From NCBI RefSeq assembly GCF_004010195.1, contig NC_057755.1:5563474-5627473 (forward strand): a stretch of DNA of 64,000 bases. Reading direction: 5' to 3'. Below are positions 40,176 to 51,747 of this stretch, in pieces (within the stretch, counting starts at the first letter, position 1; each line of letters begins with the position of its first letter). Position numbers and translations under genes: made by a program. This DNA comes from Chiloscyllium plagiosum (Eukaryota). The notes beneath the pieces were generated by a model. That model had not been told where the DNA came from. It ran no database searches and saw nothing but the letters and a program-made list of their open reading frames with translations.

Positions 40176-43100
40176 TCGTGGTTTGGTAATATAGTGACCT
40201 AACGAGTCTGGGTATTTGAGATGGAGAACGGAGTGCAAGGCTTCCTCCTTGTTTGAGTTTTTTTAGGTGTTCGCGCTGACTTGGAGCTGGAACAGGAATG
40301 ATTGATTTATATGCTATTGCATTGTTTTGGAACTTTGGAGAAAAGAAAGTTCAAAACAGCAGCACTGTAAAGAAGGAGGAAGCCAGACAAAGGTAGAGAC
40401 AGCATGGTCAGTGAGGAAGAGAGGGCGACAGATCCTGCACTGCTGCAAGACAAAGCAGCGAATCAGCACAGCTACTGCCTTTCCTGTTTGAGTCATGGAC
40501 TTCTGGCCATTGAAGTACATCTATAAAAAAAAACAGCAAAAATTACAGCTGAATATGTTGGGAAGGTTCACAGCACAGGAGCAGATACGTGCATGATTTT
40601 TAAGTGCAACGTTGCCGACTGTTTTATCTGAATCTACAATAGTGAAGTGACTGGGTTCTTTTTGTTTTTATGTTTTATTGAGATCTTTCTCTTGATTAAA
40701 ATTTAAAAGTACAAGACAAAGGCACTAGGTTAGCCTGGGGGAGCAGTGTCTTTTCGTGCAGATAAACTGTGGCATTTTCTGGGTCTACAGATTGTTTAGA
40801 TGCAAAGTTGGTTTTTAGTATAGTGATGTACTATTCCGGTTGGATGTGGTAGATTAGGGAGACATTCCATGTTACTGATGATTGCATCAACTGTCAGGGT
40901 GTTTGGTTGTGAATCGTATGACATTGCATCGATCAGATTGAGAGACGGTTGGAGGCAATGAAGAATTTGCAGGAGCTGGCGGTTGTGATGGATGGCAGTT
41001 ATAGGAAGGGCGAACAACTGCAGATACAGTTAGGTGGATGGGTTACATCCAGAAAATGTGTGAGAGAGATGCAGGTCGTGCAGGAGCCTTCTGTGGCTAT
41101 CCCCATCCTTTACATGTATGCTGTTTTGGAAAATGTGCGGTGATGGACTCAAAGGCGAATGCAGAACGAATAGCCAAGTTTCTGGGACGAGACTGGCTCT
41201 AATTCAGCGCTCTGCACAGTGAGGACCAGGGCATGTCGGGAGGGCAAATTCAAAATTATACAAATTTGCCTCTTGAATTGGCGGAGCACACAATGAGCAG
41301 GAGCAGGTGAGGCACTGCTGAGTAAGTGAGGTAATCTATTTATTCGGTTGAAAGGAATGAGGTCTGAAATAAGGTTTCAAGGTCGCAAAAGCGCACTGAC
41401 AGTCAGGAAGGTGGTGCCTTATTCAATGCCAGGAGCATCTGGAATACGGTGGGTGAACTTGCAGCATGGGTTCGTACCTGCGACTTCGACGTTTTGGCGA
41501 TTTCGGAGACATGGATAGAGCAGGGGCAGGAATAGTTCTGGCAGGTTCCAGGATTTAGGTGTGTCAGTAAGAACAGGGAAGGTGGTAAAAGGGTTGGGTG
41601 TGTGTGTGGCATGTTTAGTCAAGGTCAGTACTACCTTGGTAAAAAGGACAATGGAGTACTCTCCTACTGAGTTAGTATGGGCTGAGTTTAGAAACAGGAA
41701 AGGAGAGGCCAATCTGTTGGGAGTTTTCCATAGGCCTTTGAATTGTCCCAGAAATGGAGACGAACGATAGCAAAGGTAATTCTGGATAGGAGCGAGAGGA
41801 ACAGGGTGAGTGTTATGTGGGATTTAACTTTCCAAATATTGACTGGAAGCATTATAGTTTGAGTGCTTTAGATTGGTCAGTTTTTGTCCAATGTGTGCAG
41901 GAGTGATTCCTGGCACGGTATGTAGACAGGCCAACAAGGGGTAAGGCCACATTAACTTTGGTACGGGGTAATGAACTCGGCCATGTCTTAGTTTTGTAGA
42001 TAGGTGAACACTTTGGTGATAGTGACATCACACTTCTGTAATGTTGACTTCAGTCAAGGAAAGGGATAGGTATATATCGCAAGGCAACAATAATAGCTGG
42101 GGAAAAGGCAATTATGATGCAATTCGGTAGGATTTTGGTTTCAGAGGTTGGGGAAGGAAACAACAGGGGGTGGGCACAATTGAAATGTGGAGCATATTCA
42201 AGGAACAGCTACTGGGGTTTCTTGATAAGTATGTACCTGTCAGTCAGGTAAAAGATGTTCGAGCGAGGGAGCGGGGTTTACTAAAGAAGCTGAATCTCTT
42301 GTCAGGAGGAAGAAGAAGGTTTATGTGAGGATGAAATGTGACGGCTCAGTTAGGGTGCTTGGATGTTACAAGTTAGCAGGGAAGACTCAAAGAGAGAGCT
42401 ACGAAGAGCCAGAGGGGGTATGTGAAGTCGTTCACAGATCTAATCAAGAAAATACAAAAGATTTCTGTAAGTATGTCAAGATTAAAAGAATGACTCCGGT
42501 TAGAGTAGAATCAATCAAGGACAATATTGGAAAGTTTTGCATGGAGTCTGAGGTGATAGGAGAAACGCCAAATGAATACTTTTCATCAGTATTCACACTG
42601 GAAAAAAAGACAATCGTGATGAGAATACTGAGACATAGGCTCCTTTTCTGGATGGACTGAGGTTCACAAGGAGGACGTTTTAGTAATTCTGGAAAGTGTG
42701 AAAATAGAGAAGTTCCCAGGGCTGGATGGAATTTATCTTAGCATTTTCTGCGAAGCAGGGGAGGACATTGGACAGCCTTTTGATTTAATATTTATGACGT
42801 CATTGTCTACAGGAATTGTGTGTAAGACTGAAGGTTAGCAAATATTGTCCCTTTGCTCAAGAAGTGGAGCAGCGAATACCCTATTGAGTATAAACCTGTG
42901 AGCCTTACTTCGGTTCTGGGTAAACTATTGGCGAGGTTGTAAGAGATTGAATTTATAATCATCTTGCAATAAGTTGATTAGTTTCTAAAAGGGTAGATCA
43001 GGCTTCACAAAACGTAATTAGTTCTTTGAGAAGGAGACTAAGCAGGTGAACGAGGGTTTACCTGTTGACGAAGTGTATATGAATTTCAGTAAGTTGTTTG

Positions 43101-43611
43101 AAAAGGTTCCCCACGGTAGGCTATTTCTGAAAATACGGAGGCATGGGATAGGTTCCCCACGGTAGGCTATTTCTGAAAATACGGAGGCATGGGATTAAGG
43201 TGATTTGTCAGTTTGGGTCAGAAATTGGCTATTTGAAAGAGGACGGAAGGTAGTTGTTGAAGGGAAATGTCCATCCTGAAGTTCAGTTGCAAGTGGCATG
43301 CAACAAGGATCTGTTTTGGGGCCACTCCAATGCTGTTTGTTATTTTTACAAATGACGTGAATGAGGGCGTAGAAGAATGGGTTAGTGATTTTGCAGATGA
43401 TCCTAAGGTCGATGGAGTTGTGGATAATGCAGAATGATGCTGGAGGTTAAAGGGGGACATAGATAAGCTTTAGATCTGGGCTGAAAGATAGCAAATGGTG
43501 GATTAGGCGGAAAATTGTGAGGGATTTTACTTTGGAAGGATCAAAAGGAATACAGAATACTGGGCTAATGGTGAGATTCTTTTAGCGTCGCCGAGCGGAG
43601 AGATCTCGGTG
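40176..43611 (+). mobile_element. Long degenerate CR1 LINE: 5' UTR, ORF1 N-terminal zinc-finger/leucine-zipper remnant, then ORF2 endonuclease and RT
   Basis: At 40820-41140 it reads MW*IRETFHVTDDCINCQ...IERRLEAMKNLQEL. From 41415 it reads FNARSIWNTVGELAAWV..FDVLAISETWI, then EYFSSVFT, NFSKLFEKVPHGRL and DFADD. It runs into the N-gap. Confidence 0.88.
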
Positions 43612-44111
43612 NNNNNNNNNNNNNNNNNNNNNNNNNNNNNNNNNNNNNNNNNNNNNNNNNNNNNNNNNNNNNNNNNNNNNNNNNNNNNNNNNNNNNNNNN
43701 NNNNNNNNNNNNNNNNNNNNNNNNNNNNNNNNNNNNNNNNNNNNNNNNNNNNNNNNNNNNNNNNNNNNNNNNNNNNNNNNNNNNNNNNNNNNNNNNNNNN
43801 NNNNNNNNNNNNNNNNNNNNNNNNNNNNNNNNNNNNNNNNNNNNNNNNNNNNNNNNNNNNNNNNNNNNNNNNNNNNNNNNNNNNNNNNNNNNNNNNNNNN
43901 NNNNNNNNNNNNNNNNNNNNNNNNNNNNNNNNNNNNNNNNNNNNNNNNNNNNNNNNNNNNNNNNNNNNNNNNNNNNNNNNNNNNNNNNNNNNNNNNNNNN
44001 NNNNNNNNNNNNNNNNNNNNNNNNNNNNNNNNNNNNNNNNNNNNNNNNNNNNNNNNNNNNNNNNNNNNNNNNNNNNNNNNNNNNNNNNNNNNNNNNNNNN
44101 NNNNNNNNNNN

Positions 44112-44620
44112 GTAGGTGAGGGGAGTGGTGCGGGCTCTGGTTTTACACTTCCTGCGGTGGCACGGAAAGATGCCAAGAGCGAGCCTGCTGGGGAGTGTGG
44201 ACCTGTTCAGAGAGTCGCTGAGAGAATGGTCTTTTCGGGACACTGCGTGGGGTGGCCTGGTGGTGAGTGAGATATATCTCTCGTAGTGGGGTCCGTTTGG
44301 AGGTGATGAAAATGGCGGAGGATGATGTGATTTACGTGGACGTTGGTGGTGTGCAAGGTGAGGACCATGGGGGTTTGTCCTTGTTGTTTTGGGAAGGTTG
44401 GGGGTCAAGGGCGGTGGTGCGTGAAGTGGAGGAGATGCGTTGGAGGGCATCGTCAACCACGTGGGAAGGGAAGTTGCGATCGTGGAAGAAGGAGCCTACC
44501 TGGCACTTTCTGAGGTGGAATTCATTATCTTGGGAACAGATGCAGTGGCGGCAGATGATTTGGGAATAAAAGATGACATTTTTACAGGAGGTGGGAGGTG
44601 GGAGGAGGTGTAGTCTAGGT
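44112..44620 (-). mobile_element. Penelope-like element, RT C-terminus and linker
   Basis: ORF 44332..44712(-) contains SCKNVIFYSQIICRHCICSQDNEFH..FFHDRNFPSHVVDDALQRISSTSRTTAL; downstream is GIFPCHRRKCKTRA (CCHH linker). Confidence 0.85.
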
Positions 44621-45249
44621 GATACACTGTGTGATATATATGGGAAGTGACACACTTTGTCAAACTCTTTGATGCAATAAGGTCCTGTTTCTTCGATTTC
44701 AAAACAGTTCACCTGACGGAAAATATTATTGTTGGAGCGTTGGGTCGGTAAATATCAACCAAATTTCATATGGTATCCGATAAGAGGGGAATATTGAGAG
44801 AACATAACTGCCATAGCGACAGAGGTTAGTGCAATACAGAACACTGAGGCAACAACAGTAACAACCAAAAATCTGGGAAAATGTCAACAGGTCTGGCAGC
44901 ATCTGGAGAGAAATCAGAGTTCATGTTTCAGATCCAGTAATTGCAGCTGAATGTTTTACTGTGATTTCTCCTCAGTGGTATGACCAGGCCTACTGACATT
45001 TTCCATAAATTTCTATTTCTGTTTCTGATTTCCTGCATCTGCAGTTGTATTTTTTTAAGAAGACAGTGTCCTGTAGCACAAGCATTCTGTCTGGGAGTTT
45101 TTAAAAAATATTTCTCTTGAAGTTCAGTCTTTACTTCCCCGGAAGATCCTCCTCGTTGATGTCGGGTGCTGTATGATCCAGTTCTCTGCAGGATAGATCC
45201 ATTTAATCCTTGACCTACTGAGCACTGGACTTGGGCAGTGTAGAGAGGG

Positions 45250-45922
45250 TGGTGCTGGAAAAGCACAGCAAGTCAGGCAGCATCTGAGGAGCAGGAGAAG
45301 CGACGTTTCAGACAGAAGCCCTTCATCAGGAATGAGGCTTAGCCGAGGGCAGAGAGATAAGCCGAATGGGGGCTGGGCTGGACCGAAAGGTAGCTGGGAA
45401 TGCGGTAGGTAGATGAAGGTTGGCGATGAAGGTGATAGGTCGGAGAGAAGGGAGGAGCAGCTAGGTGGGACGGTAGATGGAGAGATAGGGCAGTTCAAGA
45501 GAGTGGTGCCGAGTTGAAGAGTTGGAAATTATGAAACTGGTTAAATACACATTGGTTCCTTGTGGTTGGACAGTCCAAAGGCGGAAGTTGAGGCGTTTTC
45601 CCTCCAGGCGTTGGGTAGATAGGGTTTGGCAATGGAGGAGGATGAGGAACTGCATGTCCTTGCGGGAGTGGAATGGGGAGTTGAAGTGTTCAGTCACAGG
45701 GCAGTGGGGTTGGTTAGCGAGGATGTCCCAGAGATGTTCTCTGGAATGTTGCACTAGTTGGCGTCCTGTCCACCAGATCTGAAGGACACCACGTCGGATG
45801 CAAATGATACAGTGCATGACTTTGGTGGAAGTCCAGGTACATTTCTGTCGGGTAGAGAAGGATCTTCTGGGGTCTTGGAGAGAGATGAGGGGGGAGATGT
45901 TTGCACAGGTTTTGCACATCAC
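45250..45922 (-). mobile_element. Penelope-like element: GIY-YIG endonuclease, 3' region and pseudo-LTR
   Basis: ORF 45461..45922(-) contains CKTCA..CTWTSTKVMHCIICIRRGVLQIWWTGRQL..REH..PVTEHFNSPFHS (decayed IYCIxC..LYIGET). The pLTR motif gctggaaaagcacagc..cccttcatcagg lies at 45253-45330. Confidence 0.9.
45298..45334 (-). ncRNA. Minimal type-I hammerhead ribozyme motif in a Penelope pLTR
   Basis: Minus strand: attc CTGATGA a gggc ttct gtct GAAA cg TC gctt. Both core boxes are intact and helix II has G-U wobbles. Confidence 0.6.
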
Positions 45923-47521
45923 ATCACTGAGACATTTGCACAGACCAACGCCGCCACTCCATGGCTGAATTCTTCAACTCCCCATCCCACTCCACTAAGG
46001 ATATGCAGGTACTGGGCCTCTTCCATCACCACACCCTAACCACCCGATGCCTGGAAGATGTACGCCTCATCTTCCTCCAATTCCTGATCCTCGAAATTGG
46101 ATCAAATTTGGAGTGGATCATTTCATATTTGTGAGAATGGACTCAGTGTGTGGATATCCAATCACAGAGAAAGATCTAAAAAAGGAGCAGTTGGCTGCAG
46201 CAGAGAGTTAGTTGGCTGTGCATCGGGAACTCCATGTTCTTTTTTCATTAAAATGATGTGGGTGTCGCTGGTTAGATCCACATTTACCACCTTTCCATAA
46301 TTGCCCAGAGAACAGTTAATGAGGTGTTCATGAGTCTGGAGTCAATTGTAGGGTAGATGAGGTAAGGCTGGCAGATTGCCTTCCCTAAAGGACATCAGTC
46401 AATGAGATGTTGTTTTTTTTCTGCGTGACAACCGTCAACCGTTTCATTATCATCATTAGACTCGTTGAAATTCCACCATCGGGCATGTGAAGGGTTGACC
46501 CCAGCTCCCCAGATCATTACCTAAACCTATAAATTAACAGTCTCGAGATAGGTTCATTAGGCCATTGTCCTCCACACATCTTTTTAATGGTGTGAATCCA
46601 CAAAGGTTTAAGGGTGGCACAGTGGTTCGCATTGAGGCCTCACAGTGCCAAGGTCCTGGGTTCGATTCCACCCTTGAATGACTGTCTGTGTGGAGCTGGC
46701 ACTTCCTTCCTGTGTCTGCATGAGTTTCCTCCTTGTGCTCAGGTTTCCTCCCGAATTCCAAAGGTGTGCACATTAGACGGGTCGGCTCAGCTAACTTGCC
46801 CCACAGAGTCCGGGCTATCGGGTTAGGTGAGTCAGACTTGATAAAAAACCATATCCATTAGGTGGGACCTGGTGAGGATGCTCTTCAGAGGCATGCTGCA
46901 GATTCGATGGGCTGAAGGACCTCTTACCACACGGTAGGGTTTCTATGATCCCATCACAGAAACAGTCTCTGACGGTTGCCATGGAGAACGCTGGTTAGGT
47001 GAAGGGGATTCCTAGCCCCAGAGTGTTCCCTGAATCTGGGAGGGAGATCTCTGTTCTCAAGGAGAGGAGTTTGGGAGCATGAGTCTGGACATCAGGAAGG
47101 AAGCTTCACTTTATCCCTGATAAACTGTGTAATTTCTAAACCTGCTGCATCCCTGCTGCAATGAACAATGCAGCATGGATTCAGCTTTTATTTGGGTGGG
47201 GGGCTGTCGTTTACGGTGTTGGACATGTGGGAGAAACCAAGCCAAATGTTGCAGTGCTTATGATTTCGGTGGGTATGCAGCTTGGGACATGGTGGTTGGA
47301 CTTACTGCTGAATATTTCCATGGTACAGATTGTTAGGATGTCCAATCCCGTCCATGAGGGAGGGACTCAATGCCCGATCATTTCTTTATCCACATTGTGG
47401 GCAGCGTTCATTCCTGGACACTGTGGAGTGATTCAATGCCCTGTGCTGTAGTTCATGCAGTGTGAGCAATCTGAGCTGAGGAGTATCCAAAACAAAAGTC
47501 AGAAATTCTGCAATCAATGGC
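45378..47521. repeat. 2.15-kb direct duplication, left copy (partner 49572-51747)
   Basis: Near-identical; ORFs 46097/50323 and 47161/51387 translate identically. Confidence 0.95.
46612..46949 (+). mobile_element. tRNA-derived HE1/V-SINE-like SINE
   Basis: A-box gtggcacagtggtt, B-box gggttcgattcc, central gtctgtgtggag...gtttcctcc and a CR1-like tail ending ttctatga. Confidence 0.85.
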
Positions 47522-47894
47522 AATGTTAGGTGGCTCCCATTCTTTGGTGATTTGAGGTGTCAATGCGCGAATGTTGTTGTTTCAGGAAAATTTCCAGCCA
47601 CTCTGAGTAACCTGTGAAACAGGTGAAATCAGATGCTAACAACCCAACAAATAAACATTGATTATATGCCTGTGTTTCTGTGAAACATCTGCTGTTCATG
47701 CTCTTCCCTCTGTTTATTAAAAGAGCAAATGAGTCTTTTAGAGAGGGGTTGCTCTTGGGCTTTAGATTCTTTAAACTTTTTATGACACGGAGCAACAATT
47801 AGCTTTTTGCCATTATTTGCGCCTGGGCTCAAGCATCAGCGAATGTTTGATAAGTCGCTTCAAGTCTGTTTATTCCATTCTCTCTCTCTTTCAT

Positions 47895-48778
47895 TCAGTC
47901 TCATGGTGATTATAATCCGAGCGCAGCGGAAGTGTTGTCTTTCTGCATGTAGCACTTACTATTTGGTGGCCATGCAACATCTGATATACCGTTCATTGTT
48001 TTTGACATTGTACTTGAACAATTTGTGTATTTTTATTATCCCCGGTATTTCCTGAACATCACTCCTGTTTGTAGTGTAATCTATGCTGTGAGCCACTTCA
48101 TCATTAATTGTTCGGTCTGGTTCTCTGTTGCTTTTGCGGTTTGATCGATTTGTTGCCATTTGTTTTCATCAGATGTAAACAAAGTATTGTACAAAAAGAA
48201 CTGCAAAGAGAGTTGTCGCAACAATCTGCATTTTATTTTCTTTAAAGAATAGTCCCAAATACTTTTGATATAAACCTGAAATGATTATTAACAATATTCC
48301 ATTGTACTGTAAAGCGAGGTCCAGTTACTATGGTGACTGGTGGAAAAATTTTCAATATTTTGAACATTTTTTAACACCAATGTTATCATTTACTTTTATT
48401 CTCTTTCTCAACATTCTGAGTGCCCGACACATCTTCGAGGTTGTGAAGATGCGTAAGCGACTAAGGGGTCAGGGAAAAGTAGAGAATGACCCAGAGATAG
48501 AGAGCAGAAAGAATGCGATGACTTTACTGTTTGCCATAACCACCAGCTTCATACTTCTGTGGTTTCAGTATGTTTTAAAGTTCTTTGAAGTTGGTGATTT
48601 CTTGAATTCCACTGATTATCATATCTTTTGAGAAGTTGCATATATGCTGCGGGATCTCAGTTGCTGCACAAATGCACTTATTTATGTGGTGACACAGAAA
48701 CAATTCAGACACCAGTTAAAGTATGCAGTGGAATATCCAGTTATAAATATAAGTCAATTGGTGAATAAATCCAAGTAA
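47895..48778 (+). pseudogene. GPR139/GPR142-like GPCR pseudogene, third and more distant paralog
   Basis: Reads SLMVIII..KCCLSACSTYYLVAM..NITPVCSVIY..CSVWFSVAF..FDRFVAIC..KYCTKRTA..NIPLYC..LTPMLSF..ENDPEIESRKNAMTLLFAITTSFILLW..MLRDLSCCTNALIYVVTQKQFRHQLKYAVEYP..NKSK*. It has frameshifts and internal stops (about 48176, 48266, 48629). Confidence 0.92.
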
Positions 48779-48851
48779 CTGACAGCCAACATTAGCTGCA
48801 GCAGATGGAGCGAGGAGCCCACGTGAGGCATGGTCGGAAGGAGAAGGAGGA

Positions 48852-48959
48852 AGCTGAAAATGTGTTGCTGGAAAAGCGCAGCAGGTCAGGCAGCATCCAG
48901 GGAACAGGAGAATCGACGTTTCGGGCATAAGCCCTTCTTCAGGAATGAGGAAAGTTTGT
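48852..48959 (-). mobile_element. Penelope pseudo-LTR fragment, relatively well preserved
   Basis: Sequence agctgaaaatgtgttgctggaaaagcgcagcaggtcaggcagcatc...cgacgtttcgggcataagcccttcttcagg, the same family as 45250-45335. Confidence 0.8.
48910..48946 (-). ncRNA. Minimal type-I hammerhead ribozyme motif
   Basis: Minus strand: attc CTGAAGA a gggc ttat gccc GAAA cg TC gatt. It has a perfect 4-bp helix II, a GUC cleavage triplet and palindromic ACGU in place of helix III. Confidence 0.7.
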
Positions 48960-49571
48960 NNNNNNNNNNNNNNNNNNNNNNNNNNNNNNNNNNNNNNNNN
49001 NNNNNNNNNNNNNNNNNNNNNNNNNNNNNNNNNNNNNNNNNNNNNNNNNNNNNNNNNNNNNNNNNNNNNNNNNNNNNNNNNNNNNNNNNNNNNNNNNNNN
49101 NNNNNNNNNNNNNNNNNNNNNNNNNNNNNNNNNNNNNNNNNNNNNNNNNNNNNNNNNNNNNNNNNNNNNNNNNNNNNNNNNNNNNNNNNNNNNNNNNNNN
49201 NNNNNNNNNNNNNNNNNNNNNNNNNNNNNNNNNNNNNNNNNNNNNNNNNNNNNNNNNNNNNNNNNNNNNNNNNNNNNNNNNNNNNNNNNNNNNNNNNNNN
49301 NNNNNNNNNNNNNNNNNNNNNNNNNNNNNNNNNNNNNNNNNNNNNNNNNNNNNNNNNNNNNNNNNNNNNNNNNNNNNNNNNNNNNNNNNNNNNNNNNNNN
49401 NNNNNNNNNNNNNNNNNNNNNNNNNNNNNNNNNNNNNNNNNNNNNNNNNNNNNNNNNNNNNNNNNNNNNNNNNNNNNNNNNNNNNNNNNNNNNNNNNNNN
49501 NNNNNNNNNNNNNNNNNNNNNNNNNNNNNNNNNNNNNNNNNNNNNNNNNNNNNNNNNNNNNNNNNNNNNNN

Positions 49572-51747
49572 GCTGGACCGAAAGGTAGCTGGGAATGCGG
49601 TAGGTAGATGAAGGTTGGCGATGAAGGTGATAGGTCGGAGAGAAGGGAGGAGCAGCTAGGTGGGACGGTAGATGGAGAGATAGGGCAGTTCAAGAGAGTG
49701 GTGCCGAGTTGAAGAGTTGGGACTGTGTTAAGGTGGGGGGGGGGGGGGTGGAAATTATGAAACTGGTTAAATACACATTGGTTCCTTGTGGTTGGACAGT
49801 CCAAAGGCGGAAGTTGAGGCGTTTTCCCTCCAGGCGTTGGGTAGATAGGGTTTGGCAATGGAGGAGGATGAGGAACTGCATGTCCTTGCGGGAGTGGAAT
49901 GGGGAGTTGAAGTGTTCAGTCACAGGGCAGTGGGGTTGGTTAGCGAGGATGTCCCAGAGATGTTCTCTGGAATGTTGCACTAGTTGGCGTCCTGTCCACC
50001 AGATCTGAAGGACACCACGTCGGATGCAAATGATACAGTGCATGACTTTGGTGGAAGTCCAGGTACATTTCTGTCGGGTAGAGAAGGATCTTCTGGGGTC
50101 TTGGAGAGAGATGAGGGGGGAGATGTTTGCACAGGTTTTGCACATCACATCATTGAGACATTTGCACAGACCAACGCCGCCACTCCATGGCTGAATTCTT
50201 CAACTCCCCATCCCACTCCACTAAGGATATGCAGGTACTGGGCCTCTTCCATCACCACACCCTAACCACCCGATGCCTGGAAGATGTACGCCTCATCTTC
50301 CTCCAATTCCTGATCCTCGAAATTGGATCAAATTTGGAGTGGATCATTTCATATTTGTGAGAATGGACTCAGTGTGTGGATATCCAATCACAGAGAAAGA
50401 TCTAAAAAAGGAGCAGTTGGCTGCAGCAGAGAGTTAGTTGGCTGTGCATCGGGAACTCCATGTTCTTTTTTCATTAAAATGATGTGGGTGTCGCTGGTTA
50501 GATCCACATTTACCACCTTTCCATAATTGCCCAGAGAACAGTTAATGAGGTGTTCATGAGTCTGGAGTCAAATGTAGGGTAGATGAGGTAAGGCTGGCAG
50601 ATTGCCTTCCCTAAAGGACCTCAGTCAATGAGATGTTGTTTTTTTTTCTGCGTGACAACCGTCAATCGTTTCATTATCATCATTAGACTCGTTGAAATTC
50701 CACCATCGGGCATGTGAAGAGTTGACCCCAGCTCCCCAGATCATTACCTAAATCTATAAATTAACAGTCTCGAGATAGGTTCATTAGGCCATTGTCCTCC
50801 ACACATCTTTTAAATGGTGTGAATCCACAAAGGTTAAAGGGTGGCACAGTGGTTAGAATTGAGGCCTCACCGTGCCAAGGTCCTGGGTTCGATTCCACCC
50901 TTGAATGCCTGTCTGTGTGGAGCTGGCACTTCCTTCCTGTGTCTGCATGAGTTTCCTCATAGTGCTCAGGTTTCCTCCCGAAATCCAAAGGTGTGCACAT
51001 TAGACGGGTCGGCTAAGCTAACTTGCCCCATAGAGTCCAGGCTATCGGGTTAGGTGAGTCAGACTTGATAAAAACCATATCCATTAGGTGGGACCTGGTG
51101 AGGGTCCTCTCCAGAGGCATGCTGCAGATTCGATGGGCTGAAGGACCTCTTTCCGAACGGAAGGGTTTCTATGATCCCATCACAGAAACAGTCTCTGACG
51201 GTTGCCATGGAGAACGCTGGTTAGGTGAAGGGGATTCCTAGCCCCAGAGTGTTCCCTGAATCTGGGAGGGAGATCTCTGTTCTCAAGGAGAGGAGTTTGG
51301 GAGCATGAGTCTGGACATCAGGAAGGAAGCTTCACTTTATCCCTGATAAACTGTGTAATTTCTAAACCTGCTGCATCCCTGCTGCAATGAACAATGCAGC
51401 ATGGATTCAGCTTTTATTTGGGTGGGGGGCTGTCGTTTACGGTGTTGGACATGTGGGAGAAACCAAGCCAAATGTTGCAGTGCTTATGATTTCGGTGGGT
51501 ATGCAGCTTGGGACATGGTGGTTGGACTTACTGCTGAATATTTCCATGGTACAGATTGTTAGGATGTCCAATCCCGTCCATGAGGGAGGGACTCAATGCC
51601 CGATCATTTCTTTATCCACATTGTGGGCAGCGTTCATTCCTGGACACTGTGGAGTGATTCAATGCCCTGTGCTGTAGTTCATGCAGTGTGAGCAATCTGA
51701 GCTGAGGAGTCTCCAAAACAAAAGTCAGAAATTCTGCAATCAATGGC
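49572..51747. repeat. 2.15-kb direct duplication, right copy (contains Penelope GIY-YIG at 49572-50148 on - and a SINE at 50839-51175 on +)
   Basis: Match to 45378-47521. Confidence 0.95.

Noticed and set aside
44695..44755. Possible decayed first exon of the third GPCR (FKTVHLTENIIVGALG followed by gtaaat)
   Set aside because: Too short and divergent to distinguish from chance without an intact paralog for alignment.
46612..46690. tRNA-like A/B boxes at SINE heads as real tRNA genes
   Set aside because: They continue into SINE bodies and tails and do not form a complete cloverleaf.
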